Source: a virus
Virus record (IMG/VR): IMGVR_UViG_3300029882_000049
Direction: 5' to 3' (one strand)
DNA length: 43,713 bases
Below, in pieces: positions 22,020-31,324 of the stretch. Below the pieces are notes generated by a model, which was not told the origin of the DNA, ran no database searches, and was given only the letters and a program-made list of their open reading frames with translations. Positions within the stretch are counted from its first letter, which is position 1; the number at the start of each line of letters is the position of its first letter. A program made the translations under genes and the position numbers.

Positions 22020-22042
22020 TAGCATCGCTTTGAGGTGATTCC

Positions 22043-22399
22043 ATGCCACTCTTCAACCCTTACGGGCCGCTTACGATTCAAGTCTCTTCGGGCACGACAA
22101 CGCCTTTGTTTTCAGCGACGGACACGATTGCAATGGGGTCGATTTCGCGTGTGATTGCGCCGCTTGATTCGGGTGCTGTTGCGCGTAGGAGCATCACGTT
22201 TCAGTGCGTGGGCATTGGGGCAACGATCTACGGCTCGAATACGCCGCCTACGGGTGGAAGCTCTGGAGCGCCGCAGAACGGCGTATCTCTGGGCACGCCT
22301 ACTGCTGGCACAAGCTATCAGGACACGCTGGGCTATGCGTACTACTGGGCTGTGGCGGCAGGCGCAGGGCCGGGTTCTGTTATTGCTCATGTGAGTTAG
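22043..22399 (+). CDS. Hypothetical protein (118 aa).
   Basis: GAGGTGA RBS. Gly/Thr/Ala-rich. Confidence 0.55.
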   Translation: MPLFNPYGPLTIQVSSGTTTPLFSATDTIAMGSISRVIAPLDSGAVARRSITFQCVGIGATIYGSNTPPTGGSSGAPQNGVSLGTPTAGTSYQDTLGYAYYWAVAAGAGPGSVIAHVS

Positions 22400-22436
22400 T
22401 GTTCCAACGTCTCGCATTTATGAGACAATAGAACAC

Positions 22437-22910
22437 ATGAGATTGCAGGTTTGGGCTTGGCGTTGTGAGGTTGTAACGTGCGGTCATACTTGGCTCGCAG
22501 TTGGTATCGACCCTCCAGCGCAATGCTCGAAGTGTAAGAGCCGTTCTTGGCACACCAAAATCAGCTTTACGGGCAAGGTTGCAGCGACTGACGAAACGAG
22601 AACCTTCACCACTATTTCTGTTCCCGCTGAGGGCGTGATAACTATCCGTCCAGAAGCTCACCCGCCCGTCGCTGGCTCAGAGATGAGGATTGGCAAGCCT
22701 GACCTTGAGGCGCTTGTCTCTGGCATCATGGCGAAACCTAATGACCACGGCTTCAACTTGCCCGAAGGGGCGACTGTTACGGGTGCAGAAACAACTGCGG
22801 TCTGCGGCTTTCTGAGCGAGCATGATGAGCAGACTGGCGAACACTACACCTGCGGAAAAGCTCCACATAGCGGTAAGATTCAGCATGGAAACTGGAGGCT
22901 GGCAAGATGA
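22437..22910 (+). CDS. Zinc-ribbon-containing protein (157 aa).
   Basis: WRCEVVTCGHTW......PAQCSKCKSRSW forms an N-terminal zinc ribbon. Confidence 0.55.
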   Translation: MRLQVWAWRCEVVTCGHTWLAVGIDPPAQCSKCKSRSWHTKISFTGKVAATDETRTFTTISVPAEGVITIRPEAHPPVAGSEMRIGKPDLEALVSGIMAKPNDHGFNLPEGATVTGAETTAVCGFLSEHDEQTGEHYTCGKAPHSGKIQHGNWRLAR

Positions 22911-23347
22911 GCGCACCCCTTGAGTTCGACCCTGAAGCAGTAGAGCGGTATGTCAGCATCTATGGCAAGGACGTGACCAACGATGAGTGCGCCTTTGTGG
23001 TAGCAGATGACGGCGGTTGGGTGCGCGCCTCTGACTACGACAAACTCCTGGAGATGTACCGCGCATCAGCGTTGCTGACACAGCTTCCGGCTGAGGGCGG
23101 TCTATACCTTGAACACAACCCGCACAAGGGCGATTTCTCCACAGTAGAGAAGTGGTTTGAGAACCATGACCACGGCGACCCTCAAACGCAGTTCGCTGAC
23201 ATCTCAGAGGAAGAGAAGGCAGAGTGCATCCGGCTTGATTCTCTCTGGGTTCTGCAATACTATCCGCGCACACCCACTAGCTTCTACTGCTACGCCGCTT
23301 CTACGCTTGAGAAGCTGTTACAAGCGGCCTCACCTGAACCGAAATGA
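22907..23347 (+). CDS. Hypothetical acidic protein (146 aa).
   Basis: ATGA-coupled start. Protein-like composition. Confidence 0.6.
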   Translation: MSAPLEFDPEAVERYVSIYGKDVTNDECAFVVADDGGWVRASDYDKLLEMYRASALLTQLPAEGGLYLEHNPHKGDFSTVEKWFENHDHGDPQTQFADISEEEKAECIRLDSLWVLQYYPRTPTSFYCYAASTLEKLLQAASPEPK

Positions 23348-23363
23348 CTCCCTCCCCGCAGCT

Positions 23364-25013
23364 ATGAAGCCTATCGAGCTACGTCTCCAACCCAAGCAAC
23401 TCGAACTTGGCAAGCTCATCTACAAAACCGGGCCTGATGCAGCAACTTGGATTGGTGGTGGCGGAAGTCGCGCAGGTGGCAAGAGCGCTGCTATCCGACG
23501 TATCATGCTCGACCGCAGGCAGAACCGCCCCGGCACGGATGGCTGCATTGTTCGAAGAGTCTGGGATGAGGTCAAGCGAAACCATGTGGACGAATTCATG
23601 CGCGAGTGGCCTGAACTGCGTGATTACTGGAGAGCTGGCGACCATGAGTTTCGATTGCCCAATGGTTCTCGCATTGTGTTTGCTTATGCAGAGAATCAGC
23701 AGGAAGTTGATCGCAAGTTCTGGGGCGTGCAGTATTACGACCTATTTGTAGACCAAGCCGAGCAGTTCAGCGAGTACGAGTTGCAGATTATGCACACCTG
23801 CAACCGCTGGCCTGATACAGCTTTGGGTGAGTGCAAAACGGCGCTGTTCTTCAATCCTGGCGGTGTGGGTACTGAGTTCCTGAGACGGGTGTTTGCGCAG
23901 AGACGCTTTCATGGCGGAGAACGACCAACCGACTATGAGTTTGTGCATATGTTTGGGTGGGACAATTTCGTATGGTTCAGTGGGTTGGGATTGACCGCAA
24001 AGCAGTTCTACGCGATGAGCAGCGAAGAACGATTCGAGCTATTCGTAGATAGAACGGCGGAGGGACGAAAACTCAATGCGCTACCGCAGAGCCTACGCGC
24101 CGGCCATCTTCTCGGTTCGTTCGATAGCTTCGCAGGGCAGTATTTCGCGGGTGTGTGGGATGAATCGAAGCTGATACTGACGGCCCAGCAAGAGGCCAAG
24201 TTGGTGCAACCGTGGTGGCCTAGATGGGCAGGTCACGATGATGGATTTGTGCATCACGCGGCGTGTGGATGGGGTACAGGGGGAAAGGTCGCTCCCAAGC
24301 AATTCCACGAAGTCTTCGGCGTTGTCATAGATGAGCCTGTGGAGGTCTGGGTGCTGTGCCGTGACCATGTAGTGCAGGAGACTGAGCAGGGTGAACTAAT
24401 CCGTCAGTTGGTCGGCATGATGGACGAGAACGAGCGCAAGCAGATGAAGCGGTATTTTCTCTCTGTGGACGCGTGGGAAAAGGACTCCAAAGGGCACAGT
24501 ACGGCAGACACCATCAATCAAGAGTTGCGGTTGGCTGGGTTGCCGTGGGCAGAACAAGCGGCGAATGGGCGTATAGGTGGGTGGCGGTTTCTGTACGCCA
24601 TGATGAAGAAGACGGCAGATGTGCTTGCGGGAAAGATGGCTCCGACGCGCACTGATGATGATTTTGACAAAGAGGCAGGGGGTTACTCTTTGAAGACCCC
24701 TTTGCTATTTATTTCTTCACGATGCACCGACACTATCGAAGCCGTTCCGATGCTCATTCGAGATACTAAGCATCCGGGCCGGGCTGAGGACGTTTGGAAG
24801 CAGCCGACCAAGGCTGACGATGTGGGTGATTTCCTGCGCTATTGGGCATACTCAATGCACACGGCAAATATGCAAGCGCCTTTGTCGGTGAGGGCGCAGG
24901 AGTTTTATGATAGCCTTGGCGACAAGCCGATGCACACGAAGGGCATGGCTGTATTGCGATGGGAAGCAGAGAATAAGCGACGGAGGGGAAGCGCATGGTC
25001 TGGGCGGCAGTAA
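23364..25013 (+). CDS. terL: Terminase large subunit (549 aa).
   Basis: Walker A GGGGSRAGGKS near the N-terminus and a Walker B-like LFVDQAEQF. Size and position fit TerL. ATG at 23364 was chosen because the 23157 extension overlaps the upstream gene. Confidence 0.8.
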   Translation: MKPIELRLQPKQLELGKLIYKTGPDAATWIGGGGSRAGGKSAAIRRIMLDRRQNRPGTDGCIVRRVWDEVKRNHVDEFMREWPELRDYWRAGDHEFRLPNGSRIVFAYAENQQEVDRKFWGVQYYDLFVDQAEQFSEYELQIMHTCNRWPDTALGECKTALFFNPGGVGTEFLRRVFAQRRFHGGERPTDYEFVHMFGWDNFVWFSGLGLTAKQFYAMSSEERFELFVDRTAEGRKLNALPQSLRAGHLLGSFDSFAGQYFAGVWDESKLILTAQQEAKLVQPWWPRWAGHDDGFVHHAACGWGTGGKVAPKQFHEVFGVVIDEPVEVWVLCRDHVVQETEQGELIRQLVGMMDENERKQMKRYFLSVDAWEKDSKGHSTADTINQELRLAGLPWAEQAANGRIGGWRFLYAMMKKTADVLAGKMAPTRTDDDFDKEAGGYSLKTPLLFISSRCTDTIEAVPMLIRDTKHPGRAEDVWKQPTKADDVGDFLRYWAYSMHTANMQAPLSVRAQEFYDSLGDKPMHTKGMAVLRWEAENKRRRGSAWSGRQ

Positions 25014-25327
25014 TAGCGGCGATTATCGGCTGGGTTTGCTGTGGATATTGCGCCTTTCGGTGGGTGAGTGTGCGCGATGAAAACAGCACTATTCTGCGTG
25101 AAGCTACCGGTGCAATGGCTACTCAGGACGAAAAGTGCGAGCAATGGAAGGAACGTTCCGAAAAGATTCAGGCTCGATACGATGCCCTTGTTGAAAAACT
25201 CCGCGTGCAAGCTGCTAAGCCGGATGATGGTATTATTCACGCAAAGAACTCTGGCGACGTGCGGAGACTCTTTGAGCAGCAAGTGAACGCAGAGCAGATG
25301 AAGCGCGAGAAGTCACAGGAGAACTAA
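24995..25327 (+). CDS. Membrane-anchored coiled-coil protein (110 aa).
   Basis: GGAGGGG RBS. N-terminal TM segment WAAVIAAIIGWVCCGYCAF. Confidence 0.55.
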   Translation: MVWAAVIAAIIGWVCCGYCAFRWVSVRDENSTILREATGAMATQDEKCEQWKERSEKIQARYDALVEKLRVQAAKPDDGIIHAKNSGDVRRLFEQQVNAEQMKREKSQEN

Positions 25328-25755
25328 TGGCAACCTTTGAAGAGATGAATCCGGGGTCTGTGAAGACTGACGGCCACGCGGAACGCAAGTGCTTGGGATT
25401 GCCCGACACCGAAGCCACACCCGACCATCTGCGCGGCACTCCGCAGCATTGTGACGGCGGCTCGTCCTACAACGAATTCTGGGATACTGGCTTTGCTGGC
25501 GAGGGCGACCCCTACGGCATTGGCGCGGAGTATGTGAGCCAGTCAGCCAATCCCGATGCGGCTAAGTTCACGCCCATCATCCCTCCACAGGACGCGCCTG
25601 TACCTGATTCCGCTGCGCTGGTCACTGGCAACGGATTCACCATCACGCCTCGCGGAGAAAACCTGTTCTCGCTCGACAAGGACGGCGTGAACTATGGTGA
25701 CTTCCTCACGTACGAAGATGCTGAAAAGGCACTCACTATCGCGGAGGCCCACTAA
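25327..25755 (+). CDS. Hypothetical protein (142 aa).
   Basis: TAATG junction with the upstream gene. Protein-like composition. Confidence 0.6.
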   Translation: MATFEEMNPGSVKTDGHAERKCLGLPDTEATPDHLRGTPQHCDGGSSYNEFWDTGFAGEGDPYGIGAEYVSQSANPDAAKFTPIIPPQDAPVPDSAALVTGNGFTITPRGENLFSLDKDGVNYGDFLTYEDAEKALTIAEAH

Positions 25756-26204
25756 TGGCGATGGGATTGAATAAGCTGATGAGTCCGGGCGGCGGCATGA
25801 AGTCGATGCAGGACGGGATGTCGAAGATGCGCCAACCTGCTGAAGCCAAGCCTGAGGGTGAACGCGAAGAGTCTGGTGCGCCGATGGAGATTCACGACCA
25901 CGGCGACGGCACTTACCACACCATGAAGGACGGTCAGGAAGAACAGCATCCCGACCTGCTCCACATGACCACGCATATCGCCCACGAGCACGAGCCTGAG
26001 TCGAAGCATCACCATGCCAAGCATGACGGATTTACGGGCCACACGCACGGCATCCATGAAGACGGCACGCACGAAGAGACGCAGGAGCATGACTCGCCTG
26101 AAGATATGGGCGAAGGGCTAAAGTCTTTCATGGGCGGCGAAGAGGGTTCGGAAGACAAGCCGCAGCACGCAGAAGAGTCAACGCCTATGGGCGGAATGCA
26201 GTAA
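25755..26204 (+). CDS. His/Met-rich acidic protein (149 aa).
   Basis: About 18 His and 13-14 Met by hand count, including HDH, HEHE and KHHHAKH runs. TAATG junction with the upstream gene. Confidence 0.6.
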   Translation: MAMGLNKLMSPGGGMKSMQDGMSKMRQPAEAKPEGEREESGAPMEIHDHGDGTYHTMKDGQEEQHPDLLHMTTHIAHEHEPESKHHHAKHDGFTGHTHGIHEDGTHEETQEHDSPEDMGEGLKSFMGGEEGSEDKPQHAEESTPMGGMQ

Positions 26205-26216
26205 ACAGGAGAAAAC

Positions 26217-26789
26217 ATGGCACTCACAAAGTATTCCGCTGAATTCAACGCTTTCAACTATGCCTACGGCGTAAACCCAGAAACCCCTGCGTTTCAGGTC
26301 ATCTCTGGCTCTCCGAATTCGGGAACCTATGCGATCACGCTGGCGCTGGGTGTGGTGTACACGCCTGATGGTCGCGCTGTGTCGCCTGTTGCTGGCATCC
26401 CGATTACGATTGGCAGCGGGACGTCGATTGAGACGGTGACGCCTACCAGCGTATCGAATCCCACACCGACGATTTACGGAACCTGCATCATCACTGCTGC
26501 CTTCAGCTTCGGCCATGGTCAGGGTGACCTCGTTCGCTCTGGTGACTTTGGCTTGCAGGAAGCGGCGACAGCGGCAACTGCCTACGGCGGCGGTCTGGTT
26601 GTTTGTGATGCGAAGTTCTTTCAGGCAGCGGGTCTGACGACCAATGCGAATTTCACCACGTTTGTGACGGGCTACAACAGCCTCTCTGCGCGAGTGACGA
26701 TTCTCAACTGGGGCGGACTGACTGGGGCGCTGAGTTATTCGGCGGCTGCATCGTCTGCTTACGCGAGTACAACCGTCGTTCTGTATTAG
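26217..26789 (+). CDS. Hypothetical virion-module protein (190 aa).
   Basis: GGAGAAAAC lies upstream of the ATG. Thr/Ala/Gly-rich, beta-like sequence. Confidence 0.6.
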   Translation: MALTKYSAEFNAFNYAYGVNPETPAFQVISGSPNSGTYAITLALGVVYTPDGRAVSPVAGIPITIGSGTSIETVTPTSVSNPTPTIYGTCIITAAFSFGHGQGDLVRSGDFGLQEAATAATAYGGGLVVCDAKFFQAAGLTTNANFTTFVTGYNSLSARVTILNWGGLTGALSYSAAASSAYASTTVVLY

Positions 26790-26801
26790 AGCGGAGGCGG
26801 T

Positions 26802-27023
26802 ATGGCTGGCCTCTACGACAAGAAGAAAACGAAGACGGTAGACCTCGGAGCGAAGGGTTCATGGACTTCGCATCCGGGGCGTCTTCACGCTGAGTTAGGC
26901 GTTCCGCAGGACGAGAAGTTGGGAGCCAAGCGGATAGACGCTGCGCTGGATTCCAAAGACCCGCAGACGAGGCGTGATGCGGTTGCTGCAAAAGGCTATG
27001 CGGGCATGAGGAAAAAGAAATGA
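26802..27023 (+). CDS. Hypothetical basic protein (73 aa).
   Basis: GGAGG RBS. Confidence 0.5.
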   Translation: MAGLYDKKKTKTVDLGAKGSWTSHPGRLHAELGVPQDEKLGAKRIDAALDSKDPQTRRDAVAAKGYAGMRKKK

Positions 27024-27172
27024 CTCCCGTATACCAATTTGCTCTCGATGAATTCGATGATGGGAAGCGTAAAAGTGATGAGCAGGTTATCACTGAGTAC
27101 GCTAAAGAACAATGTGCGTTTGCGCTCCAAACATTTCTAGGGATTGTGAAGCGAGACTTTGGCTGTGAATGA
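27020..27172 (+). CDS. Hypothetical micro-protein (50 aa).
   Basis: ATGA overlap with the upstream stop. Hand translation begins MTPVYQFALDEFDDGKRKSDEQVITEYAKEQCAF... Confidence 0.4.
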   Translation: MTPVYQFALDEFDDGKRKSDEQVITEYAKEQCAFALQTFLGIVKRDFGCE

Positions 27173-27467
27173 CGACGCTCTCAATCAAGTTGTGAACGAT
27201 GCCAACGCCGCCGACCCTGAATATCAGGCTGGCGTGGAGAAGATTGCGTTTGTTCGTGAGCAGATGGCCTCCATGTGGGCTGACAATGTAGAGAAGGAAC
27301 TGAGTTGCCCTTACTGCTTGTCGGTTGTTCCTGTGGGCGCTAAGGTGTGCTGCGGGACGCTGGAGAGAGCGGTTGCAGCCATTCTTGAGGCGCAGGAAGT
27401 TGTTGATAGACTCGACAAAGCAAAGCGAATCCACGAACTGAGCGCCGGAGCAAGATATCGCAACTGA
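27165..27467 (+). CDS. Hypothetical protein (about 100 aa) with a CPYC...CC motif.
   Basis: The start is uncertain (GTG 27165 or TTG 27159). It lies directly upstream of the portal gene. Confidence 0.5.
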   Translation: MNDDALNQVVNDANAADPEYQAGVEKIAFVREQMASMWADNVEKELSCPYCLSVVPVGAKVCCGTLERAVAAILEAQEVVDRLDKAKRIHELSAGARYRN

Positions 27468-27489
27468 AGCCATTGTCGATGAACCGCAA

Positions 27490-29874
27490 ATGGAGGAGCA
27501 GCTTGCCGACGAAGCCGCTCCTGTTTCCGTGCCGCAAAGCGATGACCCGCCGACTTACGGCGTAAACAACCGCGACCTCCCCGACATCCTGAAAGATGCT
27601 TTTGACCGCCTCGTAAAAAAGTATCAGGCGCGGGATGTGTACGACCGCCGCATCGAAGCGCTGATGGATAGAATCTTGCGCTTCTACGACGATGGGGTGC
27701 AGCACGTCTATCCCAACTGGGGAACGGGTGTATATCAGGTTGGAACGGCGGGTGGTTACGTCAACATAGGCAACGGGCAGTCTATTGAATGCCCTGAGTT
27801 TATGGGTGCGTACAACATCTTCCGCATCCGGCGCAGGTCGCTTGACGCGGTGCTTACACAGAATGAGCCGGCAGTAGACTTCACCCCCGACCGTCCTGGA
27901 CAGAGTGAGGATATTGAAGCGGCTGAGACGGCTGAGGGTTTTCGGCATCTATTTGACCAGAACAACGACATCAAGAAAATTCAGCAAGATATTGCTCGGA
28001 TGTTCGAGCTTTCGGGCCGGTGTGTGGCTTGGACATCAACGCTCAAGTCGCGCGCTAAGTTTGGCAGTAACGCCGATGGTACGCCGCGCTCAATGGAGAC
28101 CACGCGCATCTACGGAACACTGGAGTCAAAGGTTCCGATTGTCTGCGATGAGTTTTGCGATGCGCTGTACTGCTTTCTGTATGACGACCTTGATGCTCTG
28201 ACCGCGAAGGCACAGAACGATTGGATTGAAGACAAGATCGCGCCCGGAGAGGCTGGCTTAGGCGAGTCTGATTGGGAACGATATGCGCGTATTGGTGCGC
28301 GGCAAGCGAAGAAATCGTACTACCTGACAGGCGTGGCTCTGTCGTACCTCACGACGGAGATGAACTGCTTTCTCCGCCCTGATGGGTTTACCGACAAGTC
28401 GATGGATGAGCCGTACACCGGAGAACTTCCGAATGGCGAGATGTCGGACGGCACGAAAACCATTCAGGAAATGATGGAGATGTTGTTCCCTGATGGGGCG
28501 CATGTCAAGTACATCGGCAAGACGTACTCAGAGGCTTGGAATGAGTGCCCTGACGATGCTCTTGACGTAGGTTTTCCGGTAGAGCGCGATGGGATGAGCG
28601 GCGGCGCTCTTATGGAGCCGGACAAGGTCGTGCAGGATGCGTTCAACGACTACATGAACGCCAAGCGCGAGAACTACGAGAAGGGCTGGAGTTTCACTTA
28701 CTTCCGTGGCGATGCGGAAGACTATGACGCGATTGTTGACCAGCGAAGTAAACCGGGTAACTGCGTTCTACTCAAGTCGGCAGACCCGGGCCACCCGATT
28801 GAGGAAAGTTTCTACCGCGAACCGCAGACAGAATCCCCAGCAGGGTTTGATGAGGCCATCACTGAACTTCGGATGTTATCGCAGGAGCTTGTAGGCGCTC
28901 TCCCTGCGCTCGAAGGACAATCCAAGCCCGACCAGACGGCCAGTGGTCAGGCGATGGATAGAAGTCAGGCGATGGGGATGCTCGGCCCGGCGTGGGCTTC
29001 TTTGCAGCGGATGTTCGGCGGCATCTACACAAAGGCCGCGCTACTTGCTTCGGAGAATCCTGACCACGGACAAGAAATTGTCGTGACATCGGGCGATGGA
29101 AAGAATGTCACGCTAAAGTTGGAGCGACTGAAAAAGGGCAAGTTCCACGCGCATATTTCCGAGTCGAGCTTCCCTGAGACGACCGCATCGAAGCGTGCCA
29201 ACCTGCAAACAATTATCGAGATGGCATCGAAGTCTCCACTTGGTCAAACACTGTTCGAGTCGCCCGATAACTGGCAGGAGTTCTTGCAGTTGAACGGCAA
29301 CCCTGATTTGGTGCTGACTCCTGCAATTGCATATAAAAAGCAGACGCGCGAGTTGGAGATTCTATTGCGTGAGCCGCCACAAGACAATCAGCCAGCGATT
29401 GATGCCTACAACCTTCAGCACGCGGCACAGGCATTGCAAGCAAGAAATGCGGGCCTGCCCGACCCTCCTTACACGCCGCCGCCCGCACAACTTCCTTCGC
29501 TCATGCCAGAAGCTGACGACTATCACCAATGGGAGTCTGCGAAGTGCCAAGAGTATCTGTCGTCTGAGGATTGCTGGATTCGCCAGAACATTGGTGAGGT
29601 TGCTGAAATTGAACAAGCCAAATTGGGCGTGCAAAATGTTAGACTCCACAAAGGCGTGCATGACCAATTCCTCGCGCAACAGGCGGCAGCAAAGGCAGCA
29701 GCGATGCAGCAGATGAAGCCGCCGAGTGAGAGCATCAATTTCAAAGATGAAGACCCAGCCGCTAGACAGCAGATGAATAAGCAAGCTGGAATTATCGAAG
29801 CCGCGCCAGAAGCGCAGCCCGGAGTAGCAAAGAACGCCGCAGCACCCGGTACGCCGGGAACAGCAACAGTTTGA
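27490..29874 (+). CDS. Putative portal protein (794 aa).
   Basis: Assigned by size and synteny: downstream of terL and immediately upstream of the scaffold-like and capsid genes. No motif could be verified by eye. Confidence 0.55.
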   Translation: MEEQLADEAAPVSVPQSDDPPTYGVNNRDLPDILKDAFDRLVKKYQARDVYDRRIEALMDRILRFYDDGVQHVYPNWGTGVYQVGTAGGYVNIGNGQSIECPEFMGAYNIFRIRRRSLDAVLTQNEPAVDFTPDRPGQSEDIEAAETAEGFRHLFDQNNDIKKIQQDIARMFELSGRCVAWTSTLKSRAKFGSNADGTPRSMETTRIYGTLESKVPIVCDEFCDALYCFLYDDLDALTAKAQNDWIEDKIAPGEAGLGESDWERYARIGARQAKKSYYLTGVALSYLTTEMNCFLRPDGFTDKSMDEPYTGELPNGEMSDGTKTIQEMMEMLFPDGAHVKYIGKTYSEAWNECPDDALDVGFPVERDGMSGGALMEPDKVVQDAFNDYMNAKRENYEKGWSFTYFRGDAEDYDAIVDQRSKPGNCVLLKSADPGHPIEESFYREPQTESPAGFDEAITELRMLSQELVGALPALEGQSKPDQTASGQAMDRSQAMGMLGPAWASLQRMFGGIYTKAALLASENPDHGQEIVVTSGDGKNVTLKLERLKKGKFHAHISESSFPETTASKRANLQTIIEMASKSPLGQTLFESPDNWQEFLQLNGNPDLVLTPAIAYKKQTRELEILLREPPQDNQPAIDAYNLQHAAQALQARNAGLPDPPYTPPPAQLPSLMPEADDYHQWESAKCQEYLSSEDCWIRQNIGEVAEIEQAKLGVQNVRLHKGVHDQFLAQQAAAKAAAMQQMKPPSESINFKDEDPAARQQMNKQAGIIEAAPEAQPGVAKNAAAPGTPGTATV

Positions 29875-29895
29875 ATCCTCTAAAGGGAGAATGAA

Positions 29896-31164
29896 ATGCC
29901 AGAAGAAGCAATCGTAGACGCCCCCATTGAAGAAGTAATCGAGCCGGTAGAAGGCGCGGAGCCTGTTGAGGGCGCTGAACCCATCGAAGGAACCGAAACT
30001 GACGGCGGCGAGGCTCTTTCCGGCGCTCCGCTTTGGAAAGCTATTCAGCAATCGTTGTCCACAACCGATAAGAAGACTGTCGCACAAGTCCGTAAGGCCA
30101 TCTACGACTCCACAGAGGTAAGCAAGCGTCATCCCGAAGGGCTAAAAGGCATAGACGCCGTTCTTGAGTCAGTAAAACGGCTGTCTGCGGACTCCGAGAC
30201 TCCCGACGCCGTGCCGATTGAGCAAGTCATTGAAGAAACAGTGCAAGAACGCACGTTCTGGCGCGAATTTGACAACGAATTTCAGCAAGGCGACCCCAAA
30301 ATTATCGGGCGCATGATTGAAGCCAATCCCGAAGCCTTCCAGCGTCTTGTACCAGAGGCCATCAACAAATTCGCAGAGTTGAACCCAGATGGTTACTCCT
30401 CGATTGTGGCAAAAGCTGTGGTCGGATACTTCCAAGACCAAGATTTGCCGCTGCAATTCAAACTACTTGACCGCATCATCCCGCAAAAGTCCGACGACCC
30501 CTCCGTACAGCAGTTGATTGAGGGATATTCGGCTATTAAGCGCGCGTTTGAAGGCATTACAACGATGGCAAATAAGCCTCTTGCTACGCCGGACGTGAAA
30601 AAGCCAGAAGCGACACAGACTCAGCAGCCGAATCAGGAAGATGCTGCAACCCGTCTCCGCGATATCGAGTGGAACGCCACCATCGCTCCAACTTCGCAGA
30701 GTTTGATGGTCACTGAGGCGCAGAAAGTTCTCGGCAACGCCAAGCTGACGGCGGATGAGATTGGAAAAGTACGCACCGCCTTCCGCGAAGAGATCAACGC
30801 ACGGGTTGCCATCAACACCCCCTACCAGAACGCGCTAAAGGCGTATCTGAAGGCCAATAACAAGGCCGCGTACATCCAGCGGGTTCAATCGGAGCACAAG
30901 AAGATCATTCAGGGCGCGGCCAAACGGATTGTGGGCGATGTTCTGGCGGCGCGGAAGGGCAAGCCAGCGCCCACTACTGTAACCAAACCCGCAGCGACCA
31001 AACTCCCCGCCGAAGAGGGCGCAGTGAAGTTTGAGCGCATCGCCGGAGCGCCACAGGCTCAGGGGTTGAAGGTTGACCTTGCGCGGACTCCACAGCACAT
31101 GTTGGTGAAGCGTCAGGCGTACATTGTGGGGCGTAAAAACCCTGTCACTTGGAGTCCAAAGTAG
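29896..31164 (+). CDS. Putative scaffolding protein (422 aa).
   Basis: Lies between portal and capsid. Acidic N-terminus with EPVEGA-type repeats. Long helical, Lys/Glu/Ala-rich sequence. Confidence 0.5.
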   Translation: MPEEAIVDAPIEEVIEPVEGAEPVEGAEPIEGTETDGGEALSGAPLWKAIQQSLSTTDKKTVAQVRKAIYDSTEVSKRHPEGLKGIDAVLESVKRLSADSETPDAVPIEQVIEETVQERTFWREFDNEFQQGDPKIIGRMIEANPEAFQRLVPEAINKFAELNPDGYSSIVAKAVVGYFQDQDLPLQFKLLDRIIPQKSDDPSVQQLIEGYSAIKRAFEGITTMANKPLATPDVKKPEATQTQQPNQEDAATRLRDIEWNATIAPTSQSLMVTEAQKVLGNAKLTADEIGKVRTAFREEINARVAINTPYQNALKAYLKANNKAAYIQRVQSEHKKIIQGAAKRIVGDVLAARKGKPAPTTVTKPAATKLPAEEGAVKFERIAGAPQAQGLKVDLARTPQHMLVKRQAYIVGRKNPVTWSPK

Positions 31165-31324
31165 GCTCGTGATAGTATTTCGCGTAACAGTTGCAAAGCG
31201 AACGGCTGAAGTCAGTTCCTAAAGATTGACGGAGTAAGCCACAATTCGCCGCAGTGCTTCTTGCATGACGTTCGACCCCAAAAGGGTACGCCATGAGGAT
31301 GAATCTTGAAACTGAGGTTTCCTT

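Noticed and set aside
23157-23363. A 69-aa N-terminal extension of the terminase large subunit from the ORF-track start at 23157.
   Set aside because: The extension overlaps the whole 3' end of the upstream gene (22907..23347) and is Arg/Ser/Leu-rich junk. ATG 23364 places the Walker A motif at a typical distance from the N-terminus.
25752-26090. The antisense 112-aa ORF opposite the His-rich gene (rich in His, Val, Leu and Arg).
   Set aside because: It mirrors the biased codon content of the plus-strand gene. The plus-strand ORF has TAATG coupling to its neighbours and fits the operon.
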